From: Amoebophrya sp. A120
Lineage: Eukaryota; Protista; Dinoflagellata
Length of the DNA: 64,000 nt
NCBI GenBank assembly: GCA_905178155.1
Contig: CAJINV010000011.1
Coordinates: 2,101,503-2,165,502, forward strand
Direction: 5' to 3'
The position numbers and the translations under genes are program-made. Below the pieces are notes generated by a model, which was given only the letters and a program-made list of their open reading frames with translations, did not search any database and was not told the DNA's origin. Shown in pieces: positions 23,576-35,200 of the stretch. Each line of letters opens with the position of its first letter. Within the stretch, counting starts at the first letter, position 1.

Positions 23576-26480
23576 CTTTGGGATTCTAAAGGGTGCTATC
23601 GAAGATCAAAGGCAAAATTTTCGGCGGGAAGAGTCGTAGTTCTTGGGTCAAGCATATGGTCAAACAGACCGGGACAAACGGAAAAAAAAAACCTCCTGAA
23701 ATAAACTGCGAAGAAGTGGAAATGAAATGCTGGCCGTGAAGAGTTTATTGCGTAGTAGTTTCTACGAAGAAAAAAACGCCGAACTTCTTTTATGAGCTGT
23801 ACTTGCATGTACGATTTGGGATTTGAGCGACCACTACTTTGACGAATCAATTTGTCAAACACCATCTAACTCCGCGACGAGGACGTGTATACGCAGACAA
23901 AAGCGCTGGACGAGTTGCGAGGAAGAGCACGACAACGTTTGATTTTAAATGTACGGAAACGATGTTTGCGAAGTACAGTCTAGTCCAAAGTGCGCTCGAC
24001 CACGCCGCGCTCGTGCGCGAGCGGTGGCGGAGCGGCGCAGCTGTTGTGCTTCTGACGACGATGACGGCACGAAGATAGTTGCGATGCCAAGCACGATAGT
24101 TTCGATCAAGTATGGTATTGGATCGGAACACCGGTAGGCCCCGGGCCGCGATCGAGTAGCGGTGGTCGCGGCAAACGGGCGGGACTTCGAGGTGGGTGCC
24201 CCGTGCAACCCGCGGCGGGGGCAGTGAGTGAGCGCCCGGCTTCGGCCGCGGCTCTTCGGAATGCGGCATTCTTCCCGCCGGGGCTACCAGTTTGAGGGAC
24301 TTTGCCCGCCCGGCCGCCCGCTTGCGGGGTTTTTCTCGGCCGGGCTGCCTGGTTGCGAGATTTTGCGAGCCGGGGCGCCATCCTGCAAGATTTTTCCCAA
24401 AGGGGCCGTCGGTCCGCGCGATTCGGCCGACGGCCTGCTCTCTTCCCAGTCCGGGATACGCCCTTCCCGCCCCGGGCAGCGCCGGGTCCCCTGCCCGTCC
24501 TAGCCCCCTCCCGGGAAGGCCTGCGCCCCCGCCCGGTCCGGCATTTACCCTGCTATGCCCAGCCAGCGCGCCAGGCCCCGCTTGCGCGCCGTCCTTTATC
24601 GTCTGCCGCCCCGGCCGGGTCTTGTAGGGGGTGCGCATGGGGGGGGGGGGGGGGGAGGGGATTCCCGAAAAAAAATGCAAAAAAGGTGGCAAACAGGGGT
24701 AAGCTGCCATAGAAAGTGGCAAACCGGGGCAAATATGTGCGGTCGCTGGGTGCTTTTTGTCTTACAAAAGCTGACAAGGTCACACATTGCTGGGGGTGAG
24801 CTCTTTTAGAAAATTCTCACGATTATAAATTTTAGGATTGCGGAAAAAATTACGCAAAATCTGCATAGAAGAGCGGTGTGCGCCGTTGAAGTGAATTGAT
24901 ATGCGGTCTCCGTGTATCTGTCAAACGATATATGCCCACACTAGGACGAAAATGCATAGCCTCAGAAATTTTAAAAAAATCTGAAAAAGGTGGGCTTGTA
25001 CAAAATGGAAAAATATCATTATCACGCAGCCTATAATGGTCCCAATTTGTGTCAGTTTTCCATATTGCAGTGTTTTGCTCATTTATAAAACTAAAATCAC
25101 GAATATTATAGGCGTTTCCGTGAGTTGGCAAAAAGTTCACAAAAATGCAATTTTGCCACACGATAAAAATATACTAAAAAAACCTGAAAAAAACTCCCAC
25201 ACTCTGCGTAAATATGGAGTATACAAAGTATTATCTGGTCCGATTATCGTAATTTGCTTAATATAATTACAAATCTTCTTCCTCGAAAAACTCGAAAAAA
25301 ATCAAAAAAATGAACACTGACAACTTTGCATGATTTTGCAAGTGTCACATATAAAAGAATGTCCTCAGTAATACAATAGGTGCAATCATGCAGATACTGA
25401 ATATTTTTCATATGAGAACTCTGCTAAATTTTGGGTTTTTTCAACATGTCTTGTAAAATCGAAAAGTGCACTTGTTGGCATTATGAGAAAATTTGAAAAA
25501 CTTTAAAGGTGTCATGTGTTTCAAATGACGAAAAGCATAGACATTAACCCACTAAATCACTTTAAAAAAGCAACTAGACCTCTGCTTCAGCAGCTTTGTG
25601 ATATACTGGAAATTGGAAAAAATTAAGAGGTGGCTACATCGAAACAATTAAGATGTAAGCATGCAAAAAGGGGCAAGATGCGTCGCATTCAGTGCGGTTT
25701 TCAAGTATTAACCACCCCTATAGAGTCGACTTATCTGCACATGGGCCGTTCCTGGATACGCTGGAAAATTTCAGAAACTCCGCATCAGGGGACAACGGAA
25801 AAAATCTGTCAGGCCCCGTCGAGGGAGGCGTTGGGGGATGGGCAACGTTGGGGCTGTGCGCGGGGGCCGCCGTGACCGCGCGGCCCGGCACAGTTGCGCG
25901 CCCGGCCCCGCGCGTGCTGCTCTCTGAGGTGTCTGCGCGCAGGCCAGCTCGGTAGCAGCAGACGAGCGCCCGCGGCGGCGCGCGGTTCCTGCCGCGTCGC
26001 GCCTTCTTCGTCTGGCCCTCGTCTGCCGATCGCGCTGTCCGTTCGCAGGGAGTCGCGCAAATGTCAAGAAATTCCGGGGCGCGAGGCTAGAATACGGGCC
26101 TGGCCAACGGAAGAAAACCCTGCCGTTGGGGATGCACAGGCATTAGACAATGAGGGCAAACCCTGCGCGATCCGTTTCTGTACTGAGTAAACAAAACGCT
26201 CCGGAAAGTCTTCACGATCAGCCCCTGCTCATGCAAAGGGAGCCCGGTTCTGTTTTTTCATTGTTAACGCCGTTCACGAATTTTCCGGTCCTAGATCCTT
26301 CCTTTCTTGCATCACAACCTCACACATGCAAAGCGAAGTGCTATAGCAGCGGCAATTTGAGTTTTGTCCACTAGTATTCCAGTATACTCTCTCACTACGA
26401 ACGCGAAGAGATACAGCTGTGCTCACGGAACAACTACCAGAAAACACGAAAGAACAAAGTAGACTCTTTCTACAAAAAGT

Positions 26481-28120
26481 ATGGCGACCAGCCACGCTAC
26501 CGCGGCTGCAACCAAGCACACGCTGGTTCGGGCGTCTGCTCTGCCCGCGGCAGCCGGCCCGCTTCACTCGTCGGTTTGGCAAGTAAAAGTTCAGAGCAGC
26601 TTCGTCCTCACCAACCTCATCACGCCCTGGCCCGTGGTGGAAGATCCGTCGTGCTATCGTCCAAGGGCGGAACAGCACGAGGCCGTCGTCCTCTACTTGC
26701 ACGGCTTTCCGGCGCAAAGCTGCGACCACCGGCGACAAACACAGTTCTACGGAAGTGTTTCCGAGCGGTTCGCGAAGAAGGTCCAAGAATTCGTCACGGC
26801 GGGAATAGCTCCTGCTACTGCAGCGTCCGGGGCTGTGAACAGCAACAAAAGCGGTTCTTCCGCACGGGAAGAAATTTCGAGCAGCACTAGTCCCGGTTCC
26901 GCACCACACCAAGTACGAAGTTTTTGCGCCTGCAATTTTCGCGGTACCCCGGGTTCCGGAGAATATGAGAATGCACACGAACTACCCGCTTGATTCCACC
27001 ATCCGGGTTGTCATGCAAAATGCAAAAGAGCATCAGCGTCCTTCCACTTTACTGCATTTGCTGAGCACTGCTACGTCTAATATCACGCGGAAGCGGAACT
27101 TGCCAGCACAATTGTGTCTCTACTTGTTTTTATCGCTGCGGAGATGCCTTTATTTTGTAAATCAAATGAGGAAAAAGAGCAAGCACGGACAAGCAGGTTG
27201 TAGTGCGCTCGCATACAGACAGTTTTCGAAGCAAAACGGTTCGTAAGGAGGTGGAGGACGTCGTTGCGGTGATTCAGTTTCTAACCGAAACTCTCCCCCA
27301 CTTCTCCGGCGTGCACGTCGTTGGAATCTCCACCGGCGCCATCATTGCTTCGTTGCTCCGCGGTCCGCTGGGCGAAGCGGTGCGGGAGAAGATTCTCACC
27401 CTGACCGCCATCGCCGGCTGCGGGTGCAGTGGCATGGACACGGCGCTGCGGTACGATTTCGACGAGGCGCAACTCTTAAGTTTCGAGGAAAACGGGTACT
27501 GTCTGAAGGACTACTGGCTCCCGCTGCGGGATGAAAGTAACCCGGGGGAGGCGGTTTTGGTGGCAGAGGAAATGCAAGTTGTAGAACAAACAACAGAGCA
27601 GGCCGACGAGAAGAGCCGGCAAGCGGCACAGAACGCCCTGGACAACCCGAAGTATTACAAACACCAGCTGAAACTCGATAAGAGTTACATGGACGACTTC
27701 TTGTCTTTGGATGTCAAAGCCAGCGTTTCATCGCCTGCTGGTAGTAGTTGCGCCGTGGTCGCGCAAGGAGTAGATACTGCACTATTTCCGGGGCGGGACG
27801 ATGATGCTGAAAAAGATCCAGAGCAGCACTTTACCCCCGCGGCCACTCCGCTGTTAATAATCCACGGAAAAGAGGACCGCGCGGTGCCGTTTTCCGAGGG
27901 CGAGCTCTTGTTCCAGACGGCTTGCGAGCCCAAGCGCTTTTGCGGCATCAACAAGGGCAATCATCTTTTGACGAACAGCAAAGACATGAAAAAAGCGCTG
28001 AATGAAATTGCGGACTTTATCAAAACGTATAATTCTCGTAGTATGCATTCGAAGCCATTGTTTTCAAATATTCGCAACGTCATCGGAACCGATGAGGCTG
28101 CGAAAGCGAAAGGAGCGTAG
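26481..28120 (+). CDS. Alpha/beta-fold serine hydrolase, 2 exons split by 1 introner
   Basis: LYLHGF oxyanion motif, CNFRGTPGS, nucleophile elbow GISTGA, IIHGKEDRAVP (catalytic Asp), KGNH (catalytic His). Confidence 0.9.
26964..27215. mobile_element. Diverged introner, F4-like
   Basis: TATGAGAATGCACACGAACTACCCGCTTG ... CAAGCAGGTTGTAGTGCGCTCGCATA; TSD GAGAA/CAGAC (3/5). Frame is restored on removal. Confidence 0.85.
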
Positions 28121-28297
28121 GAAGGTTACAGAAAAGTTGCGGGTCCATTTTTTTCGGGAGTGCTTCTGTTCGTGAATAATTCTTGCGGGTTCTCCAATAT
28201 GTAGGCCGTAGTGCGTGGCTTCCGCAGCCGTGCGCTGTCGTCAAAGAGTTGGCTCTAAGTGCTTCGTACCGCTTAACGGCGTTGCGCGCTCAAGTCA

Positions 28298-28722
28298 TTC
28301 GCACGACTGAACCGCGGCGGACCTCCTCAGTCGTTCGCACGACTTAAGCAAGGCTTTCGCACGACTTAAGCAAGGCTTTCGCACGACGTAAGGCTTTCGC
28401 ACGACTTAAGCCTTTCGCACGACTTAAGCCTTTCGCACGACTTAAGCCTTTCGCACGACTTAAGTCTTTCGCACGACTATAAGCCTTTCGCACGACTTAA
28501 AGCTTTCGCACGAGTTAAGGCTTTCGCACGACTTAAGGCTTTCGCACGACTTAAGGCTTTCGCACGACTTAAGGCTTTCGCACGACTTAAGCCTTTCGCA
28601 CGACTTAAGGCTTTCGCACGACTTAAGTTCGTAGGGTTTCTTTCGCACGACTTAAGTGCGTAGGATTAGAAGTCTTTCGCACTACTTAACTGTGTAGGGC
28701 ATGAGTCTTTCGCACGACTCAA
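28298..28722. repeat. 18-bp minisatellite (CTTTCGCACGACTTAAG[G/C])n, ~20 copies
   Basis: Direct tandem repeats between the hydrolase and DUS1 genes, degenerating at both edges. Confidence 0.95.
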
Positions 28723-29272
28723 CTGCGTGCGGCTTCTTGCGCATGAGAAAAGATGCGCAGGACTGAAGCCTTTCGCCCGACTGTACGCAAGGCCGTGATC
28801 TGTACGTCCCGCGTGGATCTTGGTTGCTATCGGTTTCGTTCTACTGAATCGCGCGAAAATTTTAAACTGATCGCTCCGTTTGGAAAGATTAAAAAGAATC
28901 AGAAGAATCTCGTGCGATCTAGTACTGCTGCGGCGAGAATATGCTCCGCGGGGTGGTCATGGTCAATAGAGAAAAGCTCATCAGGTGGATCCCCGAGATC
29001 ATTCCAAGAACCACACGACAGAGATCAAGGAGGGGAACGAAAAATAATGATGAGCAGGAAGCACTGATGTTCATGTTGCTGATCTACAACGCTTTGTGTA
29101 GATCAAAGTTTCAACGCAAAACTGAATTTCCAGGCCGCCAGTGTCAGAAGAATTATTGGAAATAGCGGCGAAGCATAAAGTTTTTGTATCAGTAGTTTCT
29201 CCTTATGAGTCGGCCTGTTCTTCTGAAGTTGAGTTCCCACCTAATAACATCTCATCACTAAGCTGCAAAATC

Positions 29273-31372
29273 ATGATGTCGCAAACGCAGAAAAGCGGGA
29301 CCAAGCTCAAGAAGAAGAAAAAGGTCAAGAAGAATACCTCGACGGCTCCGGTTGGAGTTAGGATTTCGGAGGATCCTCCACCCGGTCCACGATCGGACGA
29401 CCCAAAGACAAACGTAGTACCGCACACGGCTGTGGCCGCCGCTGGCGAGGAGCAGGACGAACAGACGACAAAAAATCCAAAGCACCGGAAGAAAAAAACC
29501 AAAAGCAAAACGCACCCCTTCGTGAAAACCATTCTCGACCGTCGCAACCTGAATGTCTGCGCGCCGATGGTGGGTGGGTCCGAGCTCGCGTTCCGCTTGC
29601 TGGTCCGAGAATACAACGCGGACCTCTGCTACACCCCGATGCTGTACTCGGACAAGTTTGTGTATGGAAGCGTCAGGTTTGAAATCGACAAAGTCGAGAT
29701 GATTTGTGATGCATAAAACGGATGCCAGTTGTAACCCAGCTTTCAAGTGGCGCATGACAAATTTGGGTAGAGCCGAAATTCAGTTTGTCATGCTGTTTGG
29801 GTAAGGAAGACGCCTTTTGTCATGCTACTATAGCAGCTCTATCGCAGACCGCAAACAGGCTGACAGTCGGCCTCACTTGCCACCCCTGCAACAGAGGCAC
29901 TTCATGCCAGGCAATTTATGCATGACAAAGCATTTCAACTTTGACGATTTCAATCCTGACACATCCATATTGTGGGGGGGCATCAAGCGGGTCTCCTTGG
30001 TAACAATTGTGAGCCTGAATATAGTACAACAGGAATAAGAACCGCCTACGCCGAGGAGCAGTTTTTCCAGCAGTTGCACAAACAAGACCGCCCGCTAGTC
30101 GCGCACTTCTGCGGCAACAATCCTCAGACACTGCTCAAAGCGTGCAAGCTGGTGGAAAACCACTGTGATGCGGTAGATTTAAACCTGGGCTGTCCGCAGC
30201 GGGTGGCACACGCCGGGCACTTCGGGGCGTACTTGTTGGGCGCGGAAGATCGACCTCTGTTGAAGGAGATCGTGGAAACTCTCGCGAAAAACCTGTCCGT
30301 GCCCGTTTTCTGCAAGATTCGGCTGCTGGAAAGTTACGAGGAAACGCTAGAGCTGTGCAAAGACCTGAAAACCGCCGGCTGCGCCCTGATCGCCATCCAC
30401 GCGCGCCAGCGGGGCACCGCGACGCGGAGACGCGAGGGGCCGGCGAACTTGGACTGGGTGAAACGAATAGTGGAGGACATGAGTTCTGGGGGCGGAGCGA
30501 GCACATGTTGTTCCTCTGGCGGAGGTGGAGAAAAGGCGAAAACAAAACGGCCTTTTCCAATTTTTGCTAACGGGAACGTGCAAAATGGAAATGACGTGGA
30601 AAAAAACCTGAAATTCACCAACGCCCACGGCATCATGAGCGCGGAGGGTTTGTTGGACAACCCGCGGATTTTTTTCAAAGCGACACGACAAAACGACGAC
30701 ACAGAGACGAAACTAAGGAGAGTAGAAGGAGTTCTTGGCCACGAGGACGCAGCAGCAGATCCGCACAATTTACTTCTCGCGGAGGAATACCTGCAGCTCG
30801 CAGCTTTGTACCCGCCGCCCGAGTCCGAGAAGGGCAACGGGTTCTCCACTGTCAGGTTTCACGTGCGGCGAATGTGTAAGGGGATTTTAACGGAGACGAA
30901 GTTGCTTGAAGCCGCGAGTACCGCGGAGTCGGTGGCGGAGATCCGGGAAATTCTGGCGGCGTGTGGTCGTGAGGCGAATAAGAAACTCCTTTCCTTGACG
31001 ACGGCAAGCTGTAGTGGGACTACTGCGGAGAGCAAGGCGTCCAGTTCCAAGAGTTCTTCATGTAGTAGTACCCAAAAGCCTGTGAAGATTCCAACGAAGA
31101 AAAACGTGCATCCGGGGAAAAAACTACACGTTTCAGCGGTAGCTACTACGGCTGCCGCGCGAGGTGATGAAGACGTTCCAGCAAAAGACGCGGCCGCCCA
31201 GAGTACTAGAACCCCACAGCAAATCGCCGCGGAGAAGGCAGCGCAAAACAAGAAAGCGAAGGAAGAAAAACGGTTTTTAGACCGGATGGCGCGGAAAGCG
31301 AAAAGAGAGGGCCGAAACGTCGAAGAGGTGGTGGCGGAACACCGGCGGAAGAGCGCTTTTTTTCAAGGATAA
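29273..31372 (+). CDS. DUS1: tRNA-dihydrouridine synthase 1-like, 2 exons split by 1 introner
   Basis: APMVGGSELAFRLL, LCYTPML, DRPLVAHFCGN, VDLNLGCPQRVAHAGHFGAYL, PVFCKIR, IHAR, ANGNV, GIMSAEGLLDNP. Confidence 0.95.
29663..29969. mobile_element. Introner, family F7
   Basis: TATGGAAGCGTCAGGTTTGAAATCGACAAAG ... CTTTGACGATTTCAATCCTGACACATCCATA; perfect TSD TTGTG. Confidence 0.94.
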
Positions 31373-32263
31373 AGAAGTGGAATGGAATTATGTTGACCAT
31401 CAAGAAAATAACAGGATTGTCTTCCTTTTCAGTTGACACGACCAGATTGTTAGTTGTAGCGACCCAAATTTTTTTCAAACCGATGTTGAGACCAAATGCG
31501 TATCAAGAGGCAAGGAAATTTGCCTGCTGTAAATGCGACACAGCCAGCAGGGCTCCGGGCGTTTTTTGTACACTGCGTTTTTTTTTCTTTTGCTTTTCTC
31601 TGAGCTTCACTACCAGAGTGGAGCACGAGATTGTGCTTTCCTGAGGGAGCATCGCGTCTGTCAGACTTTTTTCTCGTTCTTTTTCTGATGCAAGCGTTGT
31701 TTTTTGTGAATCCCGCCACTGTAGCGTTTTTTTTTGCTGGTTGGGCACGAGAGAGGGTAGTGGTTCTTGAGTGTTGTCTGTTGCAACGGCTAAGATGCTA
31801 AGTGTGTCGTCTTCGACTCATGAAGCAAGTAGCCCTTTCATCCTTCTCATACAACCCAGCAGAGCTTTTTCTTGCACGCCTTTGCGCCGTCAGATTTGTA
31901 ACAACAAAATCCTCCATCCTGTAGGTCCGAGCTTTTAGTGAGCGCGGCCTGGTTTCGCACGAGAATTTAGTGACGGCTTCCTTTTTTCATCCGAGTGTGA
32001 GCGATAATTCTGCTCATGTATTGCAACATTTCATCTTCTGTACTCGATTTTACTGTATCTTCTCCGCTTTACTCATTTGCTAATACCAAATGATTTCCCG
32101 ACTGACATCTCATGATGCAGCAAGAAAAGAACGATTTTCGTATACCTTTGTATACCTGCTACAAGAACTCATGTGGGTAAAATGAAAACCTATCACCGCA
32201 ATTATTTGACGTGGATCATGATTTGTAGCCTACAAAACTAACAGAGAAAGAAGCTTCACCACC

Positions 32264-35200
32264 ATGCTGCTTTCGAGTACTTCCCCGCGGGCCCCGTCCG
32301 CCCCCCGCGACAAGTACGAGCTCGAGTTGCGGTGGCGTCCCGCGGGCAGTGGAGTATGGAACAACGAGAAGTCCGTGGTGGTCCCGGGCAAGGACGAACT
32401 CGACAGGGTCCTCGGCTGCTGCTTCAGCATCTGCGAAAGTTCGTCCAGTCCCAGAGCGGCTACTGCTTCGAGAACTGCGCACTTGCTGCAACCCGTTGAT
32501 GCGGAAAACCTTGCTGGGATGAGAGGAAACGAAGATAATTTTGACGTCCAAGGTGGGATCAATCATTTGATTCCGGTGTTTCGCTCCTCTGCGTCGAGAG
32601 AAAACTCCGCCCGCGAGCCGCAGGAACAGGAGTTCATTCTCGAAGACGTTGAAAGCGCCGACGGTCGTAGGGATCAGGAACAAGTAGAGGACATCAAGAA
32701 CTCGGTGCGTGGAGGCCCACCAGCTGCAGGAGCCGGGTCATCGTCCAGCAGTGGTGGTATTAATATTTTGCGACAGGACGTCGACCAGGAGCAGCTAGAT
32801 AGACACGATCCTCCGGAGGCGGCAAATGCGGAGATACTAGAGGGTGGTGAGGCAGCAGGAACAACATCCGCAAATGAACATCACCAGAATAATTATTTCA
32901 ACCGCAGCGAACAAAGTCAAAGTGTGACCCTGTCAACAGAGCAGGAAATAATAGCCGCGCACGAGAACAACAATAGTAACAGACAGATCGCTGCGCACAA
33001 CTCCGCCTCCAGCAATTTTCTCGTCTCCACGACAAATTCCGTGAACACCGCGGAGACCCCGCCGCAAGCTGTACAGCTAGCCGGCGGAATCACCGCGAAC
33101 AACGATAATAACGCCCAAAATAACACGACGGCGACATCATCGATGTATCCGCAGCAGCCGCAACAATTCCTGCAACAAACCACGAACCTGCACGGCAGCA
33201 CGCTGACGGCCTTCACCCAGCGCACCGTGCTGCTGAACCAAAACAACTCGCCTACGGGCGACAGCACTTCCGCGCTATCCCCGTCAAGAGGGACGACGTT
33301 GTTTTCCCCGCCCGCGCGGTATCTGACGGGAATTAATGTTTTCCTGCACACGTCGCGACCTCTAACTTTTTCCTTGCATGACATCAAGACCACTTTCCCC
33401 TACCTGTGATCCAGCATTTAGAACTCGTTATAGATTTTTTTGCTTCCGAGAATTTATCTTTATGCACTTTGTGTTTCTTTGTATGACATGGACGTGTGCT
33501 GCGCCGTTGAAATTCGTCTTTCATAAAATGCGCGAGAACCGCCTCGACCCAAATTCAAGCTGCCCGCCAACCGCGTCACCGCCGGCGCGACCAGCGAGCG
33601 ACTACTTCTGCTCCGAAAATACCATTCCGGTTAAAAGATACAACGTAACATCTTCTTGAGCGAAATTCATTTTTTGTGACGCCACTTACTTCTTCTTGTT
33701 AAGGTTGACATGCTCGTTCTCGTTATAGCATGAAGTCCGACAATCGCTGAGAAGTGGCACATTGAAACAGATCCAGCCCGTGATGCTGCGAATGCAAAGC
33801 CAGGAGCCAGATTTCGTCACTGCGGGGACTGCGGCCTCCAACACGAGCGACGGGCAAACGAACTCAACGACGGCAAAAATGCCCCACGTGCCGCAGCGCA
33901 CAAAGAGCACCGAGGCGGGCAGCAGTGGGTCGACGGAAGACATTCTCCCCGCGGGCTTGGACAGCGATCACCAAAACAACGCAATATACGGGGAAGCTCC
34001 GAGTGAAAGTGGGGGCAGCAATGTGGTATACTTATTTTTGATGAGCAGCTGCGTGGTTTTTCATTTTCTTTTTCAAAGTACACTGAAGTAAACCACTCCA
34101 CCCTCCGTTAATTAATTCGTATTCTTGTTGGCACGAAGATGCAGGATTTGTTGCGAAAATTTTTCTTTATGTTGTGCACAGAACAAAAACGACCGTCTTT
34201 GCAGGTAAGCGCCTTGGATGAACCAGGAAGGTTTGGTGCGCCGATTCATTTATACCACTCGAGTAACGTAAGTAGCTCGCTGACCGTAGAAAAAGCGCAA
34301 CGGACGCAGTCGGCCACCAGCTCCAAGAGCCTGATTTCGGTGCCCGGCGGGGAAGGAGCAGCGTCTGCGCATGCTGCGGCCGTGAACGCGCGCGACGGTG
34401 GAGTCGTGACAGGAAGTGGTACTTAGTAAAGATTCATTTCTGACGAGATGACTTTCTGCAGAGGTTATATGAATGAAGCAGAGGAGAATAACAAATGATA
34501 AGCGTACAAGCCTGTATGGATAGTTTTGGTTCACTTGTTGCACATCCTTTTGTCGAGTTTCCAAGCATAATTTCTTTCACGTGATTTGTCCAGCTGAAAC
34601 ACAACCTCGAGCGTCTACTGCACCGCATGGACTGCAACCAGGTTTAGATAATCGCCCGAGCACCAGCCACCAGCACCACCTGCTTGATAACGATGCTCCT
34701 TCAAGTAGTGCCACGAGCTCCATCGTTCTCGTGCACAGCCAGCGCGGCGGTCAGACGTCGTTGACTTCTCCCGAAACGTCGGACAGTGTCGACTTGTTTA
34801 TTCCCGAGGAAAAATCCAGCCAGAGCACCAACTCCGTATGCGAGTGCACAAACTCCCGCTCTTTCTCATTTGTCATGCAAAATATCAAATGCGATCTTTG
34901 CTTCTTGGCACCTGTTGCAAGACAGGGTCTGACGGCCCAAACAGCACTGGACTCCTGTGTGAATTCGTCATGCAAAACGTGGACGAGGGATCATCTGTGC
35001 ACAACTCGCATACTCGGACCGCCGGGTGTACAGCCTGAGCGTGAACGGGGTTCCGGCGGTGCTACTCGCGGGCGCGGGGGGAACAAGGAATCACAGAACT
35101 TCGTCACACAACAAGCATGTGGCGACGACAACGACCGCGGTATCGGCGTCCGTCGTACCCGCAGAGCAGCGCTACCGACTCCGTGCGGGCCGGCAGCAAA

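Noticed and set aside
24625-25720. hAT-like element with TAGGGG...CCCCTA ends
   Set aside because: Only a ~6-8 bp inverted match and no flanking TSD.
28460-28648. ORF with (LKSCES)n repeats
   Set aside because: It is a translation of the 18-bp minisatellite with no other coding evidence.
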